From the NCBI GenBank assembly GCA_027031765.1, contig JALVPN010000040.1, forward strand, positions 121,536 through 153,535: DNA of 32,000 nt. Reading direction: 5' to 3'. The DNA comes from Promethearchaeota archaeon. GTDB taxonomy: Archaea; Asgardarchaeota; Thorarchaeia; Thorarchaeales; Thorarchaeaceae. Below the pieces are notes generated by a model. That model ran no database searches and had not been told where the DNA came from. It saw nothing but the letters and a program-made list of their open reading frames with translations. The position numbers were made by a program, and so were the translations under genes. Below are positions 16,767 to 25,702 of the stretch, one piece after another (within the stretch, counting starts at the first letter, position 1; each line of letters opens with the position of its first letter).

Positions 16767-16859
16767 CTTTTATTGATTCACAACATTAATTGCACACCCA
16801 TAAATTAAGTGTGAGTGTGTGAACAACCAGTATCTGCGTATGTGGCGTGTATTACGTGG

Positions 16860-16880
16860 TTGCCCTGTTTCGGAGGAAAG
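16860..16880 (-). other. Degenerate ORB-like element (CTTTCCTCCGAAACAGGGCAA on the minus strand)
   Basis: Shares TTCC..CGAAACAGGG with the other ORBs, only about 13/21 match; inverted relative to 17046. Confidence 0.4.
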
Positions 16881-17045
16881 ACATCTCTAGCACCCAGTTA
16901 TACACAGTATAGTGCGGTTCCGTCCGCATACGGCATTATCCACAGTGTTAGCCAACGATTCCAGCCTCCTTCCAACCCGTCGCAGTTTCACACTGTTATG
17001 ACCTCTGTGAACATGGAACCCACAAAGCATTGCTCTCCTAACCGT

Positions 17046-17066
17046 GTTCCACTGGAAACAGGGGGG
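17046..17066 (+). other. Origin recognition box (ORB): GTTCCACTGGAAACAGGGGGG
   Basis: Near-canonical ORB with a six-G string; 18/21 identical to 12610-12630. Confidence 0.8.
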
Positions 17067-17138
17067 TAGTTCGATTCACAAACACTTACAGCCGTATGAG
17101 TCCTGCACTGTGGCAAACGGGACTCCATATCCTCACGA

Positions 17139-17253
17139 ACTGCCGGGTGTTCACATAGAAGGCGCCAAACGGGCTGCAGTTCTGTGAATGCCTGTAACTG
17201 GGGTGAATGCTGTTGATTGTCAGTTGGACTGCCAAATGTTCACATCGAAGGCG
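17139..17253 (+). repeat. Imperfect 26-bp direct repeat ACTGCC-NNN-TGTTCACATNGAAGGCG (17139-17164 and 17228-17253)
   Basis: 22/26 identical; 89-bp period. Confidence 0.75.
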
Positions 17254-17353
17254 TGTCTTGGCACTCAATAGGGGCAAAGCCGCGCTCGGGGCCTGTGTAT
17301 CACACCACACCTTGTCATATGGTCTTGCAAGCTTGCAGCGACACGAGCTGGGT

Positions 17354-18574
17354 CTACAGGAAGTCCGTGCATATCACCCTGATGGCATCAAGCAGCTTCT
17401 CACAGTCCTCATGGGTGTTGTAACCGTGAATTGACACCTGCACGATACCCTCCTCGGACAGTGGTCGCACAAGCGGATGTGCACATAGGAGCCCACTTCT
17501 TACAGCTATGTCCAGTTGATCCAAGAAGAGTGCAACGTCGTGGCAGCTCATCTTGGTGCTCCCGTCTTCTATGTTGAAGCCTATTATAGTGGACTTGTCA
17601 TCAGGCATACCATATAGTTGTACCTGTGCATTCTCTTGAAGCCCTTCCACTATGTATCCCATAATGTGCTCTAAATGTCTGACGAGTCCGCGGCCGTGCA
17701 GCTCCTTGATGTAGTCAATTGCAGCCCCAAGGCCCGTTACTCCAGCTATGTTGAAGACAGCACCGGACTCAAATCTGTCCGGGGGAAGCGCCACCTCAAA
17801 AGTGTCTGACGAAACACCAGCCACCGAAGCGGCGCCAAGGACTCCTGGTACGAACTCCAATGCGCTTCTCCTGCTCATCCACTGTACGGAGATACCAGGT
17901 GGGCCCATTAGTCCAATGTTTCCTGAGAAGAGTGCTGCGTCCACCTTGATTGAGTTGACAAGCCCCGGCTCAAATGCGATGGATTGCGTGACGTCGACGA
18001 GTGTGAAAGCGCCATGCGACTTGGAAACATCGGCGAGTTCCCGTACGGGGCTCCTTCGTCCCAGTCCTACAGGCACATGACCGATTGTAACAATGCCGGT
18101 CTGTTCATCAACAGCACTTTCAAAGGTTTCGACATCAATCTGGCCGGTTTCAGAAACTGGTACGAAGCTCACTCTGAGCCCCAAGACCTGCGCAGCCCGG
18201 AAAGCGCTGACAAGTACTGAATGGTCCAGGTTCAGGCACACGACAATCTTGTTACGACCAAGCTCCTTCCATGGATAGCCGTATACGGTTGACGCTACAG
18301 CAGACTCCACTGATGCCTGGAAGGAAACCTCCGCAGCCTCTACACCCATGAATGCGGCAATGTGGCTCCGTGCACGTTCTAGTTCCTCATTCCCTTTCAC
18401 AGCCCGCCTATGTGCTCCTCTTCTTGACGAAACACATACCTCGTTCAAGAAGTGTGAAATTGAGTCAACTACAGTTCGTGGGACAAGTGTGGTGCTGGCA
18501 GAGTCAAAATATGCCAGCTCAGGGTGCTTGCGAAAGACTTCAAAGTCCGACTTGATATCCAGCCCTGTCGACAT
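17354..18574 (-). CDS. SufS/cysteine desulfurase-like class V aminotransferase fold lacking the PLP-binding lysine; start likely ATG 18574
   Basis: AYFDSASTT, SRRGAH, DHSV, LVDVTQS, RFESG and VRSGLLCAHPL are recognisable, but the SGHK motif reads SGNI. Confidence 0.85.
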   Translation of the reverse strand: MSTGLDIKSDFEVFRKHPELAYFDSASTTLVPRTVVDSISHFLNEVCVSSRRGAHRRAVKGNEELERARSHIAAFMGVEAAEVSFQASVESAVASTVYGYPWKELGRNKIVVCLNLDHSVLVSAFRAAQVLGLRVSFVPVSETGQIDVETFESAVDEQTGIVTIGHVPVGLGRRSPVRELADVSKSHGAFTLVDVTQSIAFEPGLVNSIKVDAALFSGNIGLMGPPGISVQWMSRRSALEFVPGVLGAASVAGVSSDTFEVALPPDRFESGAVFNIAGVTGLGAAIDYIKELHGRGLVRHLEHIMGYIVEGLQENAQVQLYGMPDDKSTIIGFNIEDGSTKMSCHDVALFLDQLDIAVRSGLLCAHPLVRPLSEEGIVQVSIHGYNTHEDCEKLLDAIRVICTDFL

Positions 18575-18627
18575 GGATTCGGCTTGCTCAGTGTTCCTTT
18601 TATTTGATGTGAACATAGCGCAGATGT

Positions 18628-19629
18628 ATGGACTTGCAACTCCCCCCCATAGAGGCGTTCATGCTGGTGACTCCGGAGGACTACATCTTTGAAGTCAAAG
18701 GTGTGTTACATCCACCCGGGCGAGTTGTGGCGTACCTGCGCTATGTCCCTAACGACGGTGGCCCTCGTGAAACCACTCACGGACTGCGGTACAAGAAGAT
18801 ATATGCCCTACGAGATAGAACAGAGTTTCTCCGCTCTCACGCCCCAGAATACCTCTGGTTCGACCCGTACTCCGGACGTGGACTACAGAGTGTGCCCATG
18901 AAGCGTATCGTGCGACTGCTCGACCCAACACGGGAAGTACAACAACGGCGCTCCATCAGCCCACTATACTTGGTGGCAGATGACCTCGTTGACTTCATTG
19001 CGGACGAGAGTGGTGTTCCGGGGGACTGTATTGGGTTGACAGGATCCTTGCTTTGCGGAATCTCGACACCGACTTCTGATATTGACATTGTTGTCTATGG
19101 GGCAACTGCTGGCCAGAAGGTATATGATGCAATAGGGGCCGTCGATGGTGATACGTTGCAGAGGTATCATGGCGAGGCCTTGGATAGTCTTGCACGTTCA
19201 AGGTGGGGCGGTCTTCCGGGGCTCATCGATATTCATCGTCACCTTGAAGCCCGAAAAAGGCTGCAAGGGTACTTTCATGGGTCTGAGTTCTTCATACGGC
19301 TCGTGAAGCTACCATGGGAGGTCGATGTGCAGTACGGTGATGTTTCATATACACCATTGGGCCGTGCGGAAATCCGTGACTGTGTGATAACAAGTAATGA
19401 GGATATGATATACACACCCTGCCTCTACGAGGTCGTGTCTAGCTCGTGGCCTGAGGTGAAAGAGATAGTCAGCTACCGTGGCCGCTTCACAGAACAGGCA
19501 TCAGTTGGTGACCGTGTAACCGTACGTGGGCGCCTTGAACGAGTGTTGCACCCCAACCGTGGAGAGTACTGGCGCATTGTCGTCGGAGAAGACCCGGCAG
19601 ACTATATGATTCCCGCCAGTGCTAGGTGA
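18628..19629 (+). CDS. Predicted pol-beta-type nucleotidyltransferase (COG1665-like, uncharacterised archaeal family)
   Basis: IFEVKGVLHPPGRVVAYLRYVP, GLTGSLLCG....SDIDIVVYG (GS...DxD motif), SYRGRFTEQA..GD.V.VRG.LE. Confidence 0.8.
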   Translation: MDLQLPPIEAFMLVTPEDYIFEVKGVLHPPGRVVAYLRYVPNDGGPRETTHGLRYKKIYALRDRTEFLRSHAPEYLWFDPYSGRGLQSVPMKRIVRLLDPTREVQQRRSISPLYLVADDLVDFIADESGVPGDCIGLTGSLLCGISTPTSDIDIVVYGATAGQKVYDAIGAVDGDTLQRYHGEALDSLARSRWGGLPGLIDIHRHLEARKRLQGYFHGSEFFIRLVKLPWEVDVQYGDVSYTPLGRAEIRDCVITSNEDMIYTPCLYEVVSSSWPEVKEIVSYRGRFTEQASVGDRVTVRGRLERVLHPNRGEYWRIVVGEDPADYMIPASAR

Positions 19630-19645
19630 TAATGTGCCTCCGATT

Positions 19646-19894
19646 TCACCCCAGACCGAACTGTGGGGGGTACATCACAAAGTACTGTACTACTATTGCG
19701 AGTAGAATGCCGCTCAGAACCAGTCCTTTGCCCTTGGAAGGGTTAACCTCTGTGAACCACAGGATTGCACCTACAAGTACAACTACGACAGCAGACACAC
19801 GTCCGACAAAGATTAGGAACTCCCAGATTTCAGCAAAGTGCACGGCGACCAGTGTAGCAAAGTCTGTCAACGGGCTTAGACATTCGATTGGCAC
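19646..19894 (-). CDS. Small two-helix membrane protein, TrbC/VirB2 (conjugative pilin)-like topology
   Basis: Perfect GGAGGTGA RBS 6 nt before GTG 19894; two hydrophobic helices joined by the loop TEVNPSKGK. Confidence 0.7.
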   Translation of the reverse strand: MPIECLSPLTDFATLVAVHFAEIWEFLIFVGRVSAVVVVLVGAILWFTEVNPSKGKGLVLSGILLAIVVQYFVMYPPQFGLG

Positions 19895-20084
19895 CGACAC
19901 TCACCTCCGTACTAGCAGGTCAATGCACCCGCTATTTCAACTAGGCACAATGGCACTGAAGGCCACGGGTCAGCCCGGCACAGGTTCACAACTCTCTCAC
20001 TGCACCTACTGATTTAAGCGCCCCCTGTCCACAGCCTATCAAGGCAGTGGTTATTAAGTGCCCGTTCTAGTTCGCAAGACAATG

Positions 20085-20091
20085 TTTTTAT
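20085..20091 (+). promoter_or_regulatory. Putative TATA box for rpsJ
   Basis: TTTTTAT about 55 bp upstream of ATG 20144. Confidence 0.4.
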
Positions 20092-20143
20092 CCTAACCCG
20101 GTTCAGCCCACCTGAACCCCGCAATGCAGAGATGGTGTGCCAA

Positions 20144-20455
20144 ATGACACAGAGAGCGCGAATACGCCTTTCAAGCACGAATATTGAAGACCTTGATAGT
20201 GTCTGTAATCAGATTAGACGAATAACTCGCAAGACTGGCGTACGCATGGCGGGCCCAATTCCTCTGCCAACCAGACGGATGGTCGTCCCCACGCGCAAGA
20301 CACCTTGTGGACAGGGGTCGGACACGTGGGACAAGTGGGAAATGCGGATTCACAAGCGTCTTATCGATATTGATGCAGATGAACGTGCAATTCGTCAGAT
20401 TATGCGAGTGCAGATTCCCGACTCCGTCTATATCGAGATTGAGCTGACAAGCTGA
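20144..20455 (+). CDS. rpsJ: 30S ribosomal protein uS10; start set to ATG 20144
   Basis: [45 protein letters not shown]; GGTG RBS at 20134. Confidence 0.98.
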   Translation: MTQRARIRLSSTNIEDLDSVCNQIRRITRKTGVRMAGPIPLPTRRMVVPTRKTPCGQGSDTWDKWEMRIHKRLIDIDADERAIRQIMRVQIPDSVYIEIELTS

Positions 20456-20644
20456 CGTGTCGCATGTCCAGTCTACGGCATTGTGTATCCTCCGACCACC
20501 CACACCCGCCATACTCGGCGTCAAGCCGCCAATGCGCGTCCACGACGCGTCCTCAATTGGCCCGACGATACGCACCACTCGGCCCAAGACTTATCACTGC
20601 TCCTCGCTTGACAGATACGAATCACAGCTCCGGTGACATTCATC

Positions 20645-22468
20645 ATGTGCGGTATAATCGGCGTTGTTCAGGTTCGGGGTAACGTCGCTCCATTTCTCCA
20701 CCAAGCATTGAAACGTCTTGAATACCGGGGTTACGATTCGGTCGGCATCACCACTATTTCTGGGAACAAGCTGTTCGTGAAGAAGGATAAAGGCAAGATT
20801 GATGAGGTCCACAAGAAGCTCGACTTGGACGACTTGCCAGGGAGTGTTGGTATTGGCCACACACGTTGGGCCACACACGGAGTACCATCTCTCCTGAATG
20901 CTCATCCCCACTTCGACTGTACCGGTCAAGTTGCAGTGGTTCATAACGGGGTGATTGACAACTTTCTCGAGCTCCGACAAGAGCTCGCTGAACGCGGACA
21001 TGTGTTCAACTCGGAAACCGACACCGAGGTCATCCCCCACATGATTGAGGAGCACCTCCGTCAGGGTTGCAGTCTTGCAGCCGCCCTCAAGCACGTAACA
21101 ACAAGGATTCATGGCACGTATGCAATTGTCGCGATGTCAACAAGCGAGCCAGACAAGATTGTGTGCACGCGCGATGGCAACCCCTTGGTCATAGGGCGCG
21201 GTATGAACGCCTCATACGTTTCCTCCGACATTCCGGCATTTCTCCCTATGACAAACAGGATTATCCTCCTCCTCGACGGTGAGATTGCCATCATCACTGC
21301 AACCGAGGTCACCATCGAGAAGCTTTCAGATGGGGCGCCGGTTGTTCGAGATGTTGTAAAGATCAGCTGGACTGCTGACCAGGCACAGAAAGGTGGCTTT
21401 CCTCATTTCATGCTGAAGGAAATCCATGAGCAACCAGATGCAATACGCAATACACTCAGGCTGCGGCCTGATGTAATCCGCAGAGGTGCCGAGTTGTTAT
21501 CCGACGCGGCACGCATCTTCCTATTGGCAATGGGTACATCAGGTCATGCAGCGATGGCGGCACGCTACATGTTCTCGTCCCTTGCGAGAACTGTTCCCAC
21601 ATTTGAACTTGCAAGCGACTTTGCAGACATTGTCGGGCGCACCCTGACTGACCAGGACTGCATAGTGGCAATAACACAGTCTGGCGAAACTACTGATACC
21701 ATTTCTGCTGTGAAGTATGCACGGTCGTTCGGGACTCATGTCCTTGCCATTACAAATGTTGTCGGGAGCTCAATAACTCGCTTGGCTGACCACGTAGTGA
21801 TTACCCAAGCCGGCCCAGAAATCGGAGTCGCAGCCACCAAGACGTTTATGGTTCAACTCACTTCGCTTGCCCAGATTGCCCTTGCGCTTGGAGAAATGAA
21901 GGGGGTTCTCGATGCGGATGTCTTGCAGGACAAACGGAAGGCTCTTGAGGCAGTTCCGGACATTGTTTCCAACGTGATATCACTCCAAGAGGAGCGTGCG
22001 AGGAGACTGGCCGGCTTTTACTATGATGCCCCGAGTCTTCTCTTCTTGGGCCGTGGGATATCAATCGCTACTGCGAGGGAGGGGGCCCTCAAGCTCAAGG
22101 AAATTGCATACAACCACGCGGAGGCGTATTCTGCTGGCGAGTCCAAGCACGGTCCAATTGCGCTTGTGGAGCCGGGCTATCCAGTCATCTTTGTGGCGCC
22201 GCGTGATGAAACACACAGCAAGATTGTCGGCAACGTAATGGAGATGAAGGCAAGGGGTGCCTCCATAGTTTCGGTCATCGATTCGAGTGACCAAGAGATT
22301 GCGCACCTATCGGATCATGTCTTTGCTGTTCCTAGTGGCGTTCCCGCAGAGTTCTCTGTCATGCCGTATGTTGTCCCACTACAACTGTTCAGCTACTATG
22401 TTGCTCGTAGGAAGGGCTATGACCCTGACAAGCCAAGAAACCTTGCCAAGTCGGTTACGGTTCTCTAG
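20645..22468 (+). CDS. glmS: Glutamine--fructose-6-phosphate aminotransferase (isomerizing); start set to ATG 20645 (MCGI)
   Basis: N-terminal nucleophile MCGIIG, LEYRGYDS, GHTRWATHG, HNGVIDN, TQSGETTDT, EGALKLKEI, GESKHGP and the C-terminal RNLAKSVTV. Confidence 0.98.
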   Translation: MCGIIGVVQVRGNVAPFLHQALKRLEYRGYDSVGITTISGNKLFVKKDKGKIDEVHKKLDLDDLPGSVGIGHTRWATHGVPSLLNAHPHFDCTGQVAVVHNGVIDNFLELRQELAERGHVFNSETDTEVIPHMIEEHLRQGCSLAAALKHVTTRIHGTYAIVAMSTSEPDKIVCTRDGNPLVIGRGMNASYVSSDIPAFLPMTNRIILLLDGEIAIITATEVTIEKLSDGAPVVRDVVKISWTADQAQKGGFPHFMLKEIHEQPDAIRNTLRLRPDVIRRGAELLSDAARIFLLAMGTSGHAAMAARYMFSSLARTVPTFELASDFADIVGRTLTDQDCIVAITQSGETTDTISAVKYARSFGTHVLAITNVVGSSITRLADHVVITQAGPEIGVAATKTFMVQLTSLAQIALALGEMKGVLDADVLQDKRKALEAVPDIVSNVISLQEERARRLAGFYYDAPSLLFLGRGISIATAREGALKLKEIAYNHAEAYSAGESKHGPIALVEPGYPVIFVAPRDETHSKIVGNVMEMKARGASIVSVIDSSDQEIAHLSDHVFAVPSGVPAEFSVMPYVVPLQLFSYYVARRKGYDPDKPRNLAKSVTVL

Positions 22469-24137
22469 GCATGCTGTGTAGCCTCGACAGTATCTGTTGC
22501 GCATTCAATTCACCTCGATGTCCACGCATCCCCCGTAGTATCGTCCCCAATGCTTCACTGTAGATTTCCTCCGGGCTCATATCCCATTGCTCCCACGTAG
22601 CAGTTGCCATTGCACCGTCATCCGCCCACGGGATTGATTTCAAGGGTTCTTGACCAACCGCACAGAGTGTGTTGAGTCCCGCAAACTCAATCTGCCCCGC
22701 GACTTGTCGGCGACGGATTTCGGTGACTTCCTGAACCCTCCTTGGTGTTGTCGGGCCGAGCCGTCCGAGAGTGACTATGATATCCATATGTGCAATTGCT
22801 GAGAGCTCGACATGATGGCTCGTAGCCCACCGCGTTATCAGTGCCGAAGCGGAACCACTATGACATGTCTGTAGTGTCTTCAGTCCTGCAGTGACAGCTT
22901 GGAATAGCGCTCGGCTGTGCTCTGCAGTCTGGACTTCTCCCAGTATCAGGTAGTCTGGCGACCTGTGTAATGTCTTGACTATCTCATCGCTCTTAGAGAA
23001 GCCACCCGTCGCCTCATCGACAGGAGATACACGAAACCTTGCCTGGTGCTCTCCATCTCGGAGTCTGCTCTCAACCGCATCCTCTATGTATACCTTCCTC
23101 CACGCCTGTGGAACCACTGCGTCCAGAGCATTCAGTAGCGTCGTCTTTCCAGTTCCAGGTGCTCCGGTAATCGTTACATTGAGTCGCAGAACTATTGCCA
23201 TTGCCAGCAGGGCTGCGGTTTCTGGAATCATCGTTCCATTTGAAACCAGATCCAACAGTGAGAACTGTCTAGCTCTTGCTCTCCGGATTTGCATCTGAAA
23301 GCCGTCTGTGGCAAGCGGAGCGGTGGAAACCGCAAACCTAAGTGGCACTCCTGCTAGATGCAGGTCACACTTGAGTGAAGGGTTGCGCCTGTCAAGGTGG
23401 AGGTTACTCTCCGCCCGCAACAACGTCACCAGCTTTGGAATCAGTCCACGGGCCACCGAGAACCCTGCTACGCACCTGCCAAACCTCTGGTGGTCAAGGT
23501 AGACTGGCACATCTGGACGGTCAACATAGACTTCCTCTATGTGCTCGTCTAGGAATAACGGCATAAAAGGGCCCAGTGGGGTGCTCTCGTAGGCAACAAA
23601 CTGGGCAATCTTCTCCTTGGTTTCTGGCTGCAACTGTGGTATGACGCTCTCCAGATATCGAATCACCTGCCCCCTCACTTCAGTAATACGTGCGGAAAGC
23701 CTCACACGTCGGCTGACAAGTTCAGCGGTGCTCTGCACCACATGTGATTTTGCTTGTTGGAGCAGGGTATGCTCAAGATGAGAACGCAGACGCGGTATTG
23801 CGGAATATGTGGGTGTTGTAGCGTCATTTTCCTGTCGCACAACCACGAGGTATGGTTCAACCCGATACGCGTCCACAATACCTCTTGCCCATTCCACCGG
23901 ATTCCGGGTATGGGCAGCTACAGATACCGCCTCCCACTTTCCGCCAGTCCATGGGGCCATCACTTCGTCATCGCCCGTCGATGCGGGTATGTATAGCAGC
24001 TTACGATCTGGCTCAACTATAATGATTTGTCCGGCCCTGTCTGTTTCAGCAATGCGTATGCATTTCTTGCCCTGCCTTGACTTGCAGGAGGAGCATTCAC
24101 CTCGTGTGCAACTAATGACTGTTGCTCTCGGGGGCAT
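22455..24137 (-). CDS. VirB11/CpaF/TadA/FlaI-family secretion or pilus ATPase
   Basis: IEEVYVD, Walker A GAPGTGKTT, Asp box YIEDAVES, Walker B HRSPDYLILGEVQ and His box TLQTCHS; GGCGGTGA RBS. Confidence 0.9.
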   Translation of the reverse strand: MPPRATVISCTRGECSSCKSRQGKKCIRIAETDRAGQIIIVEPDRKLLYIPASTGDDEVMAPWTGGKWEAVSVAAHTRNPVEWARGIVDAYRVEPYLVVVRQENDATTPTYSAIPRLRSHLEHTLLQQAKSHVVQSTAELVSRRVRLSARITEVRGQVIRYLESVIPQLQPETKEKIAQFVAYESTPLGPFMPLFLDEHIEEVYVDRPDVPVYLDHQRFGRCVAGFSVARGLIPKLVTLLRAESNLHLDRRNPSLKCDLHLAGVPLRFAVSTAPLATDGFQMQIRRARARQFSLLDLVSNGTMIPETAALLAMAIVLRLNVTITGAPGTGKTTLLNALDAVVPQAWRKVYIEDAVESRLRDGEHQARFRVSPVDEATGGFSKSDEIVKTLHRSPDYLILGEVQTAEHSRALFQAVTAGLKTLQTCHSGSASALITRWATSHHVELSAIAHMDIIVTLGRLGPTTPRRVQEVTEIRRRQVAGQIEFAGLNTLCAVGQEPLKSIPWADDGAMATATWEQWDMSPEEIYSEALGTILRGMRGHRGELNAQQILSRLHSMPREP

Positions 24138-24649
24138 CAGTATTCACCGCCTGTCGGGGGCGTGTCGAGTATTACTGGGAATTTGACCGGCACCTGTGCC
24201 AGACGTACCTGTGTTTTGGTGTCAGACATGCTCCGCATGTCGACCCGGGATTGACTATGACGAGCGTAATCATTGGCGACTACAGCGCAGCAAGTCGAGT
24301 CCGCGTGCGCATCTCTCCAGCCAGATTCGGACTGAGCCGTAGCGAGTCGTCACATTGAGTTCTTTGGCCGAATAATAAAAGGGCCACCGAACGCGGATGT
24401 CATGTATCTCACAGCGTCACTCATACTACTGCCCTGCATTGATGGAATCTGGACGTTTCTGCTTGGTGACAGGCTGTGGCGCTGGTGGTACCTCTTGCAC
24501 AGGTTGTGTCAGAGTAGAGTTGGCGAGATATGACATCTGACCAACTACACGGTTGCTGTTTGCCTGTGTGCTTCCTGTTTGTTTGTGGTTTCTGAATTGC
24601 TGTAGTGTGTCGGCGTGTTTCGTTTTGAGGTCTGTCGGCTAGTCTGACA

Positions 24650-25702
24650 TCAAGGCATATGTGCATCGACAGTAGGTGAACTGTGATTGTCTGCACCATG
24701 ACGATTAACCGCATCCTGTGCGAGGACTCTCTTTATCACACCATAATGGTCTCGTATGCTATATTCGGCGACCTCTGTGGCCAATGATGCCAGCTTTTGT
24801 GTAAGTACAGCCCGCCGCCCGCTCTCTCTAGCCAACATCCGATCTGCAGCATACGCTACTGAGACTGCAAAGATGAAGGGGTTTCGACCACCACGTTTAA
24901 TACTCGGAATTCGGTCGAGTATTCGGCCCATAGTCTTTCTTAATTTTGCGCCGTAGTCATTCAGACCCCATCCACGCTGTGCGGCCTTTCGTACTACTGC
25001 CTCATTGTTCAACAACATCGACAGAACACGTGGCACATAGTCCTCTGGCCGTCTCAAATCCGGCGCGAACCCTGTTTCTAGCTTTAGTTTCATGGCCTCT
25101 CGGACTATAGCCCGCACACTCACGCGGTGCCCGCACCGTTCAAACGCGCTTGCCAGCTCCTCAAGAGTAATTGGCGCGTCATCTCTGAACTCACGAATTG
25201 CCACTAGGAGGCACACTGCCATCAACACTATATTGTTCGAGAAGCGTGCAGTCCCGTCCGCTGTAATCTTCTTGTACAAGTATGCTCCTCTGTCACGTAC
25301 CTGTCTTCCGAGCATCAACAGTTGCGCAACCCTGTTGAGCGTCCTCGGGGTCCGGTATCGAGTTTCGCACGACCCCACTCGCACACGTGCACCATATACT
25401 GCCTTTAGGCGCAGGAACCGCTTCTGAGTGCTCGCAGGCAGGGCCTTGCCACTGGCATCCCTAAAGTAACGATCTCTGTGATACCCTATGTAGCTGCCAA
25501 GCCCATCTACTATGTGCGGCCTGTTGCCCAGTGAAGCATACATGCTGGCATCTGGCCTATCGAGATCCTGTTCATCACCCAACTGATAGGTGGGCGATAC
25601 GTATTCCCGTGAAACAACGAGTCCACATTCTCTGCAAACAATATGACCGGCGCTAGTTGTCAGGAATCCCTGACATTCAGGACAACACCATGCCTCGAGC
25701 AT
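24650..25702 (-). CDS. Divergent transcription factor IIB (TFB) paralogue; start set to ATG 25702
   Basis: Zn ribbon CPECQG...VCRECGLV, two cyclin-like repeats, GRNP..FA..V.YAA, and a C-terminal HTH TQKLASLATEVAEYSIRDHY; GGAGG RBS 5 nt before the ATG. No EWR B-reader motif is visible. Confidence 0.85.
   Translation of the reverse strand: MLEAWCCPECQGFLTTSAGHIVCRECGLVVSREYVSPTYQLGDEQDLDRPDASMYASLGNRPHIVDGLGSYIGYHRDRYFRDASGKALPASTQKRFLRLKAVYGARVRVGSCETRYRTPRTLNRVAQLLMLGRQVRDRGAYLYKKITADGTARFSNNIVLMAVCLLVAIREFRDDAPITLEELASAFERCGHRVSVRAIVREAMKLKLETGFAPDLRRPEDYVPRVLSMLLNNEAVVRKAAQRGWGLNDYGAKLRKTMGRILDRIPSIKRGGRNPFIFAVSVAYAADRMLARESGRRAVLTQKLASLATEVAEYSIRDHYGVIKRVLAQDAVNRHGADNHSSPTVDAHMP

Noticed and set aside
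16898-16944. Functional bacterial DnaA boxes or a bacterial oriC
   Set aside because: The context is clearly archaeal with no dnaA. The sequences are kept only as part of the TNCACA motif finding.
20456-20644. tRNA-Ser often found after archaeal rpsJ
   Set aside because: No cloverleaf, T-loop GTTCRA or acceptor stem could be found.
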